Positions 38,492 through 48,666 of a DNA stretch of 64,000 bases are shown in pieces. Made by a program: the position numbers and the translations under genes. The stretch comes from Bdellovibrionales bacterium (GTDB lineage: Bacteria; Bdellovibrionota; Bdellovibrionia; Bdellovibrionales; UBA1609): NCBI GenBank assembly GCA_965200875.1, contig OZ241456.1, forward strand, positions 192,001-256,000, given 5' to 3'. Positions within the stretch are counted from its first letter, which is position 1; the number at the start of each line of letters is the position of its first letter. The notes under the pieces were generated by a model that searched no databases, was not told where the DNA came from, and worked only from the letters and a program-made list of their open reading frames with translations.

Positions 38492-39538
38492 ATGAATCGG
38501 TTTTTAACATTTTTTTTGGTGTCTTTTGTTTTGCATATTGCCGTGGGGGCGATACTGCTTTCCCAAACCGGGATCTTAGGAGGCAAAACCTTCAACAAAG
38601 GAATTAGTGAAGTGACGGAATTTCCTGAAGAGGGAATTGAAGACGGAAATACAGAATTTCCCTCAGAAACTCGTTCTTCTGAGTCCCAGAAAAAAGAGTT
38701 TAAGGCTAAAAAGCCCTCGCAAAAAAAATCCGCGCCTGAAAAAAATTCAAGCGAGAGAGGGACTAAAAAGCCCTCGCAAAAAAAATCCAAGCCTGAAAAA
38801 TCTGTTAAAGCTCCTTTAAAACCTGTCCAAAAAAAACTTTCCCCGCCCGTTCCAAAAGAAAAGCTGGATGAGACCAGTGAAAAGCCCGTATCAGCTGGAA
38901 ATATCCCGGCAACAAAAGATATTCCTAAACCCCTTGAAGATAAAAAATCGCAAGCTGTGGATGAAAAAGCCACCGGCCAAAAAGAAGTTCACGAAAGTCC
39001 TGAGAGTTTGAAATCGGAGACAGAAGATGAGGAAATCATCAAAGAGCTTAAAGAGGAGATCGGAGAGGAAAAAACTTTGGATGTGGAAAAACCCTCTGAA
39101 AAAGTTTTGCCATCCCCTGTGGCTGAGGATTCCAGAGTTTCTTCCTCCTCTGGAGGAGGGGGAAAAGAACCTGAACAAAAAACTGTTTCTTCTAGGCTTC
39201 CTTTGGATCTCAGAAAAGCTAGAAAATACAGTCAGTTAAGGCAAATGGATGGCAACCCAGTTCCTGTTTATCCCAATGAGGCTTTAAAAAAAAGATGGGA
39301 AGGCCGGGTGGAGCTTGTCTATTATGTAAACCAGGCGGGTTTTGTGGAAAAAATTCAGCTGAAACAATCTTCCGGTTATTCTCTTTTAGATAACTCAGCA
39401 CTCAGGGCCTTAGGCCGTTATCGTTATTATCCTGGGCAGGAGGGTTGGGTTGTTCATCCCGTGGAATTTATGTTGGAATTAGAAAAAGAAACCCTAGAGG
39501 TGGCTCCCTTGGGGACACGAGCTCCTGGAGGTTTTTAA
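38492..39538 (+). CDS. TonB-family protein
   Basis: SFVLH TM motif, K/P/E-rich linker with 57-bp duplication, PVYP...EGRV...SSGYSLLD C-terminal domain. Confidence 0.85.
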   Translation: MNRFLTFFLVSFVLHIAVGAILLSQTGILGGKTFNKGISEVTEFPEEGIEDGNTEFPSETRSSESQKKEFKAKKPSQKKSAPEKNSSERGTKKPSQKKSKPEKSVKAPLKPVQKKLSPPVPKEKLDETSEKPVSAGNIPATKDIPKPLEDKKSQAVDEKATGQKEVHESPESLKSETEDEEIIKELKEEIGEEKTLDVEKPSEKVLPSPVAEDSRVSSSSGGGGKEPEQKTVSSRLPLDLRKARKYSQLRQMDGNPVPVYPNEALKKRWEGRVELVYYVNQAGFVEKIQLKQSSGYSLLDNSALRALGRYRYYPGQEGWVVHPVEFMLELEKETLEVAPLGTRAPGGF

Positions 39539-40332
39539 AAAGCTCCTCGGATATTTAATGTGTGTAATATTTCCTGGTTTTTTTGGGTTTGGCTTAAGCC
39601 GTAGTCTATCCCCATCTTTTGAGTGGTAAGTCCCATTCCTCCAGAAAACAAAAACACTTTATCGGTAAAGTGCCACTGACCTCCAAGACGCAGGATCAAA
39701 ACCCGAGCGATGGTGAACATTCCCCCCCCGGCCATACTCCATTTTTTATCCGGGTTGTAAAGGGTGTCTACTCTTAAATGCAACCATTCGTAAGGTTCAT
39801 AAGCAAGTCCTAAGCCCCATTTTCTTTCTCCCGTGTAAGCTCCCTCCAGCGGAAGGATATGATCCCAGGTGATTCCTAAGGAAAAAACAGATCTCTCAGG
39901 TTTTATCAGAAAGCCGGCTTGAAGATTCCAATTTGCTTTTTCATGGGCTTCCCATCGGCTAAGCCCTAAGCCTAGACTCCATCCTGGCAGGATGAAGCTT
40001 GCTATGCTGAGTTGGAAGTATTGATCTCCAGATCCCCGCTCCCGTAAGTAGCTGAAAGATACCGGAAGACCTGAGTTTTCTAGGAGGGAAACCCCCCAAT
40101 AGGCCTTGCTTTCTTCTGTTTTAAATGCGTAAAACCCAGCCCCTTGGAATCCTTGAACATGAGCTACACCCGCCGGATTGAGTAGATGATACTCTGCTCC
40201 TTTTTGAAAAGCCGCCCTGCCGGCGTTTCCGAAGGAGAGGGCAAGAGGCCCCGCCGGTTTTAAAGCACTGGCAAAAAAAGGAAAACAAAGCAGTATTATT
40301 TTAACAAAATTTTTTTTTGAAATGATATTCAT
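39535..40332 (-). CDS. Predicted outer-membrane beta-barrel (FadL/PorV-like N-terminus)
   Basis: Signal peptide, ALSFGNAGRA...NPAG, amphipathic strands, terminal Phe. Confidence 0.6.
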   Translation of the reverse strand: MNIISKKNFVKIILLCFPFFASALKPAGPLALSFGNAGRAAFQKGAEYHLLNPAGVAHVQGFQGAGFYAFKTEESKAYWGVSLLENSGLPVSFSYLRERGSGDQYFQLSIASFILPGWSLGLGLSRWEAHEKANWNLQAGFLIKPERSVFSLGITWDHILPLEGAYTGERKWGLGLAYEPYEWLHLRVDTLYNPDKKWSMAGGGMFTIARVLILRLGGQWHFTDKVFLFSGGMGLTTQKMGIDYGLSQTQKNQEILHTLNIRGAF

Positions 40333-40377
40333 CTGTAAACGGAAATAAAAGAGGATTTTAAAAAGATATAAACAATT

Positions 40378-40611
40378 TTAATTCCTCTCAACCTTGCTTA
40401 AAATATTATCCATCTTGATATTTAATTCCTTTTGAGACTCTTTAAGCTCTTTAAGCTCTTTTTCCATACGGGCTTGATTTTCCTTTACTGGCTGTAAAAG
40501 AATTTTAAAGACAAAACCTAATCCCGCAAATACAGAGCAAAAAGATATAACTGAAGTCAATACCAATGCAATTAAAGCCGTTACCAAGGTTACATTTAAA
40601 GTTATTTCCAT
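40378..40611 (-). CDS. Small TM + coiled-coil protein (paralogue of 15960-16247)
   Basis: MEITLNVTL N-terminus; own TGGTATAAT at 40640-40648. Confidence 0.8.
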   Translation of the reverse strand: MEITLNVTLVTALIALVLTSVISFCSVFAGLGFVFKILLQPVKENQARMEKELKELKESQKELNIKMDNILSKVERN

Positions 40612-40706
40612 AACACCGCCTTTTTTTGATTATTGAGTTATTATACCATCGTTTTTTCTTTTTACAAACAAGTAACCTGTTTTATTAAAGGTTTTTTCAT
40701 GTTCGA

Positions 40707-41945
40707 TTAATTATTTTTTCGGACACAGATGGAAAGGTACTGGGGACAGTAATCAAAACCGTTACGTGTATTAGCGCAAGAGCTACTCCGTCCCAGGCGA
40801 AGAAATGGGGTATTGTAACAAACTGAGCTGTTTGTCTTAAGGCTGATACATTTTCTGTCGATATTGATATGCCAAGCATCTCCCAACACTTTTTTGGCAA
40901 CAGTGAGGGCTGCTCCCTTAGCGTTGCTGGTGGGGCATAAAGCTTCATCAGGTTGAACTCTGTGATTGGAGTCTTCAGCGTTTAAGGCGGATTCTAAAGT
41001 GGGGTATTTGTCTTTGTATCCTGCTGTCTGGAGGTTTTGTTCATATCGTTTCTGAGCACTCCAAGCTCTTTCAGGATGTCTTCTTATTTCAAATCGAAGG
41101 TCCTCTGGGCAGTTCCATTCTTTTTGTGCCGGGGCTGATGGCAGTTTTTTTTCGGAAATGGAATTTAAGTGATATCTGTTATTGCCTCGATCCTGAACAG
41201 CCACTTTGTACATTCGTCCATAAAAATCTACTCCCTTGTCCCCGTTTGTTTTATGAATGATTTTGTTTGAATGTCCCCAATAAAAAATACCCAGTTGCAT
41301 ACTCTTGTTCAGTAACATGATGTAAGATGCTTGTTTGCTGGGATCCAGGTGAATCTCAGCGGAAATGGGTTCTCCCTCTATTTCTCTTAAACGGGAGGGG
41401 CCTTGAGTAATCAGCTCATCCAGATGTCTCCAGAGCCTGATGTTAAATGCTATAGAATAACCCCCAGAGAATATGTTTATTTTATGACGAAGGAAAAAAA
41501 GTGGCATGGCTCGCGAGGTGGTGGAGCTTTCTATTAAAGTTTTTAAGTCGCTTGCGTCCAGCTTTTTTCTTAAAAAATATTCGCTTAAGCGAAGTCCACT
41601 TCGCTCAAAATAAGCTCCGGCTTTAAAAGTAAACAGAGCAGGGTTTTCACAGGTCATTAAAGCAATGGTGTCCAGTGACAGATCGTAGGGAAAATAAGTA
41701 AAGGCTTTAGGATCTTTCGGGGGTGGTTCTGCCTCTTCCTCGGTTGCGTTATCGTCATTGTTAATAATTTCCTCTGCCTCCTCCACGCTTTTTGGCGGTT
41801 TAGGAGCGGGGGCTGTTTCTAGATTGGAATTGAGAGACCTTAAAATTTCCGCTTTTCGGCTGGCCGCGCCGGAGCAGGTATTGAAAAAAAAGACAATTAG
41901 CGATAAAAGCAGGAAAAAGGGGAAAAGCAAAAAAAAATTTTTCAT
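40707..41945 (-). CDS. Putative lipoprotein, Cys-rich C-terminus
   Basis: MKNFF...FFNTC signal; paired Cys. Confidence 0.7.
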   Translation of the reverse strand: MKNFFLLFPFFLLLSLIVFFFNTCSGAASRKAEILRSLNSNLETAPAPKPPKSVEEAEEIINNDDNATEEEAEPPPKDPKAFTYFPYDLSLDTIALMTCENPALFTFKAGAYFERSGLRLSEYFLRKKLDASDLKTLIESSTTSRAMPLFFLRHKINIFSGGYSIAFNIRLWRHLDELITQGPSRLREIEGEPISAEIHLDPSKQASYIMLLNKSMQLGIFYWGHSNKIIHKTNGDKGVDFYGRMYKVAVQDRGNNRYHLNSISEKKLPSAPAQKEWNCPEDLRFEIRRHPERAWSAQKRYEQNLQTAGYKDKYPTLESALNAEDSNHRVQPDEALCPTSNAKGAALTVAKKVLGDAWHINIDRKCISLKTNSSVCYNTPFLRLGRSSSCANTRNGFDYCPQYLSICVRKNN

Positions 41946-42055
41946 AATATCTTTCACTAGTAAGAAATTTTTTTGTAAAACAGTTTTTTCCACTGGGCAA
42001 AAGCCTATTGGAAAATTCTGAAACACATAATATATCGGAGTTTAGAGTGTAAAAC

Positions 42056-42847
42056 ATGAGTAAAAAATGCTTTGTCGTTTTATTATTGATTTTTTCCGGG
42101 AAAACGGAGGCTTATATTCCCTCTTACTCTCTTATCCTCTCTCATTTGGCCTATTTCCAGGGAAAAGGCGGGTATCGTATCGAACAGGAGCTTTTCTTTA
42201 AAGGTGCCAGGCCTTTTTCTTTAAAGGAGATATGGTGGATAAAAGATCCAAATTATATTCGTCTGGATGTAAAATCCGCTCAAAAAGAAAAGCTTTATTT
42301 TCGATTTATTTATGAGAAAAACAAAAAATGGTTTAAGGATGAGAAAGGGCGTCTTAAAAATCAGCTCATTTCTTATTATCATTTGGAAAGACCTTTTCAT
42401 TTAAGAAGTGCAAGAGAACTTGGGAAACTTTTTTCTTTTTGGAAAGTGGCTCCCTTTCCGCCGGCGGAGAGAAAACCAGGTGTCGGGTTTGAGCCTTTTT
42501 TACGGCTCAGCCGAAAAGGGGGGGTGATTCAGTATGAGACAGGTCTTGGAAAAGCGCGGGTTTGGGTGGAACAGGATGAATTTGTGATTCGCTCTTGGAA
42601 ATGGAGCACAGGAGAAACTTTAATGGCCTGGAATTATAGACTTTACCCCGGCCATTTCTTTTTTCCCTCAAAAAGGCTTTTTACTCAAAATGCCACAGAA
42701 ACGGAAATACAGGTTAAAAAAGTACAAAGTTTGAAGCTTACAAAAAAAACTTTTCGGAAAACCCAGCTTCTGCCAAATGTATTGGATCCTGAGCTAACTT
42801 CCATTGTCCAAGAAAGAATGCGTGAGTTTTATGGAAAGTTCAGATAA
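42056..42847 (+). CDS. Secreted hypothetical protein
   Basis: 263 aa ORF with signal peptide. Confidence 0.7.
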   Translation: MSKKCFVVLLLIFSGKTEAYIPSYSLILSHLAYFQGKGGYRIEQELFFKGARPFSLKEIWWIKDPNYIRLDVKSAQKEKLYFRFIYEKNKKWFKDEKGRLKNQLISYYHLERPFHLRSARELGKLFSFWKVAPFPPAERKPGVGFEPFLRLSRKGGVIQYETGLGKARVWVEQDEFVIRSWKWSTGETLMAWNYRLYPGHFFFPSKRLFTQNATETEIQVKKVQSLKLTKKTFRKTQLLPNVLDPELTSIVQERMREFYGKFR

Positions 42848-42873
42848 CTTTTTTTAATGGAGGAGTGAATAAA

Positions 42874-44877
42874 ATGCTTCCGCTATCCTCTTCGAAAGCC
42901 TCTTTAAAAACATATCACTATGAGGTGGCTTTGCCGTTGGCTTTGAATAAAAATTTAATCTATGCCTCCTCTGAGGTTTTTGAGCTAGGCACAAGTGTAT
43001 TTGTGCGTTTAAAAAACCAGAAAATGAGAGGGGTGGTTTTAAGGGGTAATGATGTAAAAGAAAAATCTTTTAAAGTAAAACCCATTTTATCGCGTGATGA
43101 GAGTCGGGAAACTCTCTCCCCTTCCCGTTTGAAATGGTTGTTATGGCTTTCGGAATATTATCAGCATAGTCCGGGAATGGTGATTCATTTAAGTTTTCCT
43201 CCTCCTGGAAAAACTATTTCCAAGGTTTCTTCTCTACCAGAGAAAGAAAGTTCAAAATCACCTTTTTTATCTGTTAAAAAAAATACTTTAACAGCTGAGC
43301 AGAAAAACTGTCTTCAGCAAATTCAACAATACCCGGAAAATCAATTTCGGACACATCTTTTGCACGGAGTGACGGGTTCGGGGAAAACGGAGATTTATTT
43401 TCATTTGATTGAACCAGCTTTAAGGCAGGGCAAAAGTGTTTTGGTATTGGTGCCGGAAATTGCTCTTACTCCACAACATATAAAGAGGTTTTCCCTTCGT
43501 TTTCCAGATCTTGTAGCTTGTTTTCATTCCGGCCTGAGTCCAAAAGAAAAACGTTTTCAGTGGAAGGACTTGTTAAAAGGAAGAAAAAAAATTCTCATAG
43601 GTCCTCGTTCAGCTCTTTTTTGCCCTCTGCCGGACATGGCATGGATTATTGTGGATGAGGAGCATGAATCTCATTTCAAGCAGGAGGAGAAGTTAAAGTA
43701 TCATGCTAGGGATTCTGCGGTTTACTTGGGGAAATGTTTGAATATTCCAGTGGTTTTGGCTTCTGCTACACCCAGTCTGGAAAGCTGGCAAAATGTCCGT
43801 CTCGGAAAATATGTGTATCATGGTTTGAAAAAAAGAGTCTTCAACACGCCTCTTCCGCAAGTGGAAGTGGTGGATATGAAAAAAACAAAAAATCAATTTC
43901 TTCCCTTCTGGTTAAGTGAGGAGCTTTATCAGGCTCTTAAGTCTGCTTTGAAAAACCAAGAACAATCGGCTTTGTTTTTAAATCGCCGAGGGGAAAGTTC
44001 TTATGTGTTTTGTTCGGTTTGCGGGAAATGTTTTTCCTGTGCCAACTGCGATATTTCCCTGACTCAACATCAGGAGTCTCATCTGCTTTGCCATTACTGT
44101 GGCTTTCGGGAGGAAAAGCCCTCTTTTTGTCCGGATTGTGGGGCTGAAAAAATTTTTTCTTTCGGAGTGGGTACAGCCTCTTTACAAAAAGACCTGAAAA
44201 ATCTCTTTCCTAAAGCTCGCATTCAGAGGGCGGATCGGGATGAAGTGAAAACCCATAAAGAATGGGAATCAGTCCTTTTACGGGTGGAAAAAAGAGAAGT
44301 GGATATTATTGTAGGCACTCAAATGATAGCCAAGGGCCTGGACTTTCCTCACTTGAATTTAGTGGGATTTATTCTGGCAGATCAGGGTTTGAATTGGCCT
44401 GACTTTCGATCTGCGGAAAAAAGCTTTCATCTGCTCACTCAGATGACAGGTCGGTCCGGTAGAAGGAAAAAAATGGGGCAGGCACTTTTACAGAGCTATA
44501 ACCCCTCTCACTGGGTGATAAAAGCCATGAAGAAAGGAAGTTATGAGGAGTTTGCAGAAGAAGAGCTGAAATACAGAAAAAAACACCTGTATCCCCCTTT
44601 TGGAAAACTTTCTTTGGTGCGTGCAGAGGCACTTTCTGCCTCAAAGGCTTATCAGTCCGCTTTGAAAGTTCGGGATCATTTAAAGAATCTGAAGGGTCTT
44701 ACCATCCTGGGACCTGCCCCCGCGCCCCATTTTCGCTTAAGAAACAAATACCGCTATCATCTGCTTTTGAAAAGTGTTGATTCTTCAAAGATAAAACAGG
44801 CAGGGTTAATGATACAGGAGATAAACCCATCTCGGGTGCGGATTTCCGTTAACAGGGATCCGGTTTATATGTTTTAA
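42874..44877 (+). CDS. priA: Primosomal protein N'
   Basis: HGVTGSGKTE, VDEEH, LNRRG, four CxxC, GTQMIAKGLDFP. Confidence 0.97.
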   Translation: MLPLSSSKASLKTYHYEVALPLALNKNLIYASSEVFELGTSVFVRLKNQKMRGVVLRGNDVKEKSFKVKPILSRDESRETLSPSRLKWLLWLSEYYQHSPGMVIHLSFPPPGKTISKVSSLPEKESSKSPFLSVKKNTLTAEQKNCLQQIQQYPENQFRTHLLHGVTGSGKTEIYFHLIEPALRQGKSVLVLVPEIALTPQHIKRFSLRFPDLVACFHSGLSPKEKRFQWKDLLKGRKKILIGPRSALFCPLPDMAWIIVDEEHESHFKQEEKLKYHARDSAVYLGKCLNIPVVLASATPSLESWQNVRLGKYVYHGLKKRVFNTPLPQVEVVDMKKTKNQFLPFWLSEELYQALKSALKNQEQSALFLNRRGESSYVFCSVCGKCFSCANCDISLTQHQESHLLCHYCGFREEKPSFCPDCGAEKIFSFGVGTASLQKDLKNLFPKARIQRADRDEVKTHKEWESVLLRVEKREVDIIVGTQMIAKGLDFPHLNLVGFILADQGLNWPDFRSAEKSFHLLTQMTGRSGRRKKMGQALLQSYNPSHWVIKAMKKGSYEEFAEEELKYRKKHLYPPFGKLSLVRAEALSASKAYQSALKVRDHLKNLKGLTILGPAPAPHFRLRNKYRYHLLLKSVDSSKIKQAGLMIQEINPSRVRISVNRDPVYMF

Positions 44878-44947
44878 ACAGGTGCTCGATGGAGCTTTTT
44901 TTAAAATTTTGTTGCGTTTTCTGTAAAAAACATGATAACTCTCAAGT

Positions 44948-45004
44948 TTACACAGATTTTTTTACGGGCGGTTGATTCGTCTGTTTAAAACCGGGAAATA
45001 CATA
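44948..45004 (+). promoter_or_regulatory. Possible rpsB (S2) leader hairpin
   Basis: acgggcgg/tcgtctgt G-U-rich stem in the 5' UTR of rpsB. Confidence 0.35.
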
Positions 45005-45946
45005 ATGCAAACTGATTTGAATATAAAAAATATGCTTTCCGCCGGAGTTCACTTTGGCCATCAAATTCAAAGATGGAATCCGAAAATGAAACCTTATGTT
45101 TATACTTCCAAGGGAGGTATTCATATTATTGATTTGCAAAAAACCTTGGTGTTTGCCAAAAAGGCTTTGAAATTTGTGGAATCTGTAACAGCAAAAGGTG
45201 GCACTTTTATTTTTGTGGGTACCAAAAAACAGGCAATCTCTCTTGTTCGTTCCTCAGCTGTGGAAGCCGGCCAGTTTTATGTCACTAAGCGGTGGCTTGG
45301 GGGCACTTTAACCAATTTTCAAACGATTAAAGTCAGTGTCGATCGCATGAAAAAAATTGACCAAATGAGGGAAAGAGGGGACCTAGAACCTTTTTCCAAA
45401 AAAGAACGGGCAGGAATTGAAAAAGAATATGATCGTCTTAATAATTATTTGGAAGGCATCCGGGACATGAAGAAAAACCCTTCTGCTTTGTTTGTAGTGG
45501 ATATTAACCGGGAAAGCATTGCTGTTGCAGAAGCCCGCCGTTTAAATATTCCTGTGGTGGCTTTAGTGGATACCAACTGTGATCCAGGACAAATCGATTA
45601 CCCCATCCCCGGAAATGACGACGCCACCCGTTCCATAGAATTTTTTGTTAATTTAGTAAAGCAGGCCTGTATGGAAGGTCAAAAAAAATGGACTCAAAAT
45701 CTCAGGCAAAAAACTGGCTCTGCAAAAAAGGAAAGCTCCAAAAAAACTTTGCACCGCTTAACCTCCTTAGAAAAACCTAGTAAAAAAGCGGAAGGTGGTG
45801 ATGACGGTCCCACAGTAGTAAAGGTGTTTAAAGCCAAAACCCGGAAACTGGTGGCAGCCGGGACAGCAGAGGATGTGGAAATTTCTATGGAATTGGAAGA
45901 AAAAAAACTTCTTAAAGAAAGCAAACCCCCCACTCAGGAAAAATGA
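45005..45946 (+). CDS. rpsB: 30S ribosomal protein S2 with C-terminal extension
   Basis: AGVHFGH, WNPKM, RWLGGTLTNF, IPGNDDA. Confidence 0.98.
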   Translation: MQTDLNIKNMLSAGVHFGHQIQRWNPKMKPYVYTSKGGIHIIDLQKTLVFAKKALKFVESVTAKGGTFIFVGTKKQAISLVRSSAVEAGQFYVTKRWLGGTLTNFQTIKVSVDRMKKIDQMRERGDLEPFSKKERAGIEKEYDRLNNYLEGIRDMKKNPSALFVVDINRESIAVAEARRLNIPVVALVDTNCDPGQIDYPIPGNDDATRSIEFFVNLVKQACMEGQKKWTQNLRQKTGSAKKESSKKTLHRLTSLEKPSKKAEGGDDGPTVVKVFKAKTRKLVAAGTAEDVEISMELEEKKLLKESKPPTQEK

Positions 45947-45960
45947 AAGGTCTTAAGAAA

Positions 45961-46629
45961 ATGAGTGTTATGGAAATTAAAAATTTAAGAGCCAAAACCG
46001 GAGCAGGAGTGTTGGATTGTAAGGAAGCCCTTAAGGAATCCGGGCAGGATTTGAACAAAGCTTTGGAATGGCTTAAAAAAAGAGGCTTGGCACGGGCAGA
46101 AAAAAAAGCTTTCAGGGAGGCTAAAGAGGGAAAAGTGGCCTCTTATTTGCACGGAGAAGGCCGGATTGGTGTGCTGGTGGAAGTTAATGTGGAAACAGAC
46201 TTTGCTGCGCGATCAGAAGATTTTAAAACCTTTGCCCATCAGCTTTGTCTTCATATAACGGCTTTGAATCCGCTCTTTATCACCCGGGACGAAGTGCCTG
46301 AGCTTATACAAAAAAAAGAAGAAAATATCTTTCGTGAGCAGGCTCAACGGGAAGGAAAAAAAAGTTCCGTGCTGGATAAAATAGTGGAAGGCCGGATGAA
46401 TAAGTGGTTTTCTGAAACTTGTTTGGAAGAGCAGATTTTTTTAATCAGTGCACAAACGGAGCATCCTAAAACTGTGAAAGAATGTGTGAAGGATATGATT
46501 GCCAAATTAGGGGAAAATGTGGTCATTCGCCGGTTTCAGCGGTTTGAACTGGGAGAGGAAATATCAAAAAATCCAAATATCAAACAACCCCCGGGGGGGA
46601 TAAGTACTTCAGGTACAAGAGAATTTTAG
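45961..46629 (+). CDS. tsf: Elongation factor Ts
   Basis: [28 protein letters not shown]. Confidence 0.97.
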   Translation: MSVMEIKNLRAKTGAGVLDCKEALKESGQDLNKALEWLKKRGLARAEKKAFREAKEGKVASYLHGEGRIGVLVEVNVETDFAARSEDFKTFAHQLCLHITALNPLFITRDEVPELIQKKEENIFREQAQREGKKSSVLDKIVEGRMNKWFSETCLEEQIFLISAQTEHPKTVKECVKDMIAKLGENVVIRRFQRFELGEEISKNPNIKQPPGGISTSGTREF

Positions 46630-46706
46630 GGGAAATGAGTGGAGAGGTTTTAAGTTGAGCCAGCCCAGGTACAAGAGAATTTTAGTGAAAATCAGTGGAG
46701 AAGTTC
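46610..46706 (+). repeat. Direct repeat ~41 bp (period 56) across the tsf end and pyrH start
   Basis: caggtacaagagaattttag exact at 46610 and 46666, similarity continues with 4 mismatches. Confidence 0.85.
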
Positions 46707-47371
46707 TTAGCGGAAAGAAAAGTTTTGGCATTCACTACCCCACTTTGTCGCGTTTAGCGGAAGAGCTTATGGAAGTTCATCAGCTGAAAGTGCAGATTGC
46801 TTTAGTGGTGGGAGGGGGAAACATATTTCGGGGCATGTCGTCCCATGAGTCCCAGGGAATAGACAGAGCCACTTCCGATTACATGGGGATGCTGGCCACC
46901 TGTATTAATAGCCTAGCTCTTCAATCCGCTCTGGAAAAAAAAGGAGTGGAAACTCGTGTGCAGACTGCTTTACCGGTTTCTGAAGTGGCCGAACCTTATA
47001 TTCGCCGTAAAGCCCTTCGTCATTTAAAAAAGGATCGTATTGTTATTTTCTCTGCGGGCACGGGGAATCCTTATTTTACGACAGATACGGCGGCTGCTCT
47101 CAGAGCTATGGAAATGGATGTGAATATTTTGTTAAAAGCCACAAAAGTAGATGGAGTGTATGCAGAAGATCCGGAAAAAAATAAAAACTCCAAAAAATAT
47201 GACAAATTAAAGTATATTGATGTTTTAAACAAAGGTCTTAAAATTATGGACTCTACGGCCATAAGCCTTTGTATGGATAATCAAATGCCTCTGATTGCTT
47301 TTAATTTGAGAAAAAAGGGCAATATTGCCCGTATCGTAAAAGGGGAAAAAGTGGGGACTCTCATTCATTGA
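46655..47371 (+). CDS. pyrH: UMP kinase
   Basis: [29 protein letters not shown]. Confidence 0.98.
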   Translation: MSQPRYKRILVKISGEVLSGKKSFGIHYPTLSRLAEELMEVHQLKVQIALVVGGGNIFRGMSSHESQGIDRATSDYMGMLATCINSLALQSALEKKGVETRVQTALPVSEVAEPYIRRKALRHLKKDRIVIFSAGTGNPYFTTDTAAALRAMEMDVNILLKATKVDGVYAEDPEKNKNSKKYDKLKYIDVLNKGLKIMDSTAISLCMDNQMPLIAFNLRKKGNIARIVKGEKVGTLIH

Positions 47372-47387
47372 GAGAAGGAAGTATAAA

Positions 47388-47948
47388 ATGGAAATGGGAG
47401 AAATTAAAACAGAAACGCAAGCCCGAATGCAAAAAGCCTTTCAGCATATTCAGGATAAAGTGAAAAAAATGCGCACAGGTTCTGCACATAGCTCGCTTTT
47501 AGAGGGAGTAAAGGTGCAATCTTACGGAAGTGAACAGGAGCTTAAGCATATAGCGTCCATTGCCTGCCCGGATGCTCGATCTCTTGTGATTTCCCCGTGG
47601 GATCAAAACACTTTAAAAGATATTGAATCCGCGCTTTTAAAAACGGACTTGGGTATAACTCCTCAAAGGGATGGAAAGGTAATCCGGTTAAAAGTGCCGG
47701 AGCTTACAGAGGAAAGAAGAGAGGAGTTAATAAAGGCTTTTAAAAAGGATGTGGAAAAATCCCGAGTGGAGTTTCGGCAAATTCGAAAAATAATGAATGA
47801 GAAAGTGAGAAAAGCCTTGAAGGAAAAGCTTATTGGTGAAGATATAGCAAAAGACACTGAAGCAGATATTCAGGAGTTAACAGATCAATTTATTAAAAAA
47901 GTAAATGAGCTTTCCGAAAAAAAACAAAAAGAACTGTTGCAAGTTTAA
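47388..47948 (+). CDS. frr: Ribosome recycling factor
   Basis: RTGSA, PELTEERR; synteny. Confidence 0.95.
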   Translation: MEMGEIKTETQARMQKAFQHIQDKVKKMRTGSAHSSLLEGVKVQSYGSEQELKHIASIACPDARSLVISPWDQNTLKDIESALLKTDLGITPQRDGKVIRLKVPELTEERREELIKAFKKDVEKSRVEFRQIRKIMNEKVRKALKEKLIGEDIAKDTEADIQELTDQFIKKVNELSEKKQKELLQV

Positions 47949-48666
47949 ACTCCCGCCGGATTTTCAGCATTTAGCGGTTATCATGGATGGTAACGGGCGT
48001 TGGGCCAAGCAAAAAGGCTGGCCTCGTTATTTCGGGCATTTTCGTGGCGTAAAGTCTCTTTGGAAAACCGTTAAAAATTGTTCCCGCTTTGGTATCCCTT
48101 ATTTGACTGTGTTTGCGTTTAGTACGGAAAATTGGAAACGATCTTCTAAGGAAATATCTGTTATTATGAAGTTGATTCAACGAGCACTTTTCAAATACAA
48201 AAAGGATTTGGATCGTTATCAAATTCGCCTCAGGATTTTAGGGGATTTAGAGGAATTAAGTCTCTCAGTCCGGGAGCTTTTTGATAGCATGGTGGATCAG
48301 ACCAAAAACAACAAAGGGCTTCAGTTAATAGTGGCGGTGAATTACGGAGGCCGAAGAGAAATCATTAAGGCTGTGCAATCTATGGTTGATAAAGTAAAAG
48401 CCGGACAAGTAAAATCAGAGGATATAAATGAAAAGAGCTTTTCTGAATGTCTTTCTTCCTCTTTGTTTCCACCTCCAGACATGATTATCAGGACAGGAGA
48501 TGTTAGCCGACTTTCCAACTTTTATTTATGGAGTGCCGCTTATTCCGAAATTTATGTGACACCTGTTTTATGGCCGGAGTTTAACGAAGAAGAGCTTGAG
48601 CGGGCCTTAAAGTTTTATGCGAACACTCAGAGGAGGTTTGGAGCTGTGCCCTTGGAAAGCGAATAA
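47905..48666 (+). CDS. uppS: Undecaprenyl diphosphate synthase
   Basis: IMDGNGRWA, FAFSTENWKR, NYGGR, RLSNF. Confidence 0.96.
   Translation: MSFPKKNKKNCCKFKLPPDFQHLAVIMDGNGRWAKQKGWPRYFGHFRGVKSLWKTVKNCSRFGIPYLTVFAFSTENWKRSSKEISVIMKLIQRALFKYKKDLDRYQIRLRILGDLEELSLSVRELFDSMVDQTKNNKGLQLIVAVNYGGRREIIKAVQSMVDKVKAGQVKSEDINEKSFSECLSSSLFPPPDMIIRTGDVSRLSNFYLWSAAYSEIYVTPVLWPEFNEEELERALKFYANTQRRFGAVPLESE

Noticed and set aside
38137..38973. 278-aa minus-strand ORF
   Set aside because: Antisense to tonB/nagZ; composition mirrors Lys/Glu codons
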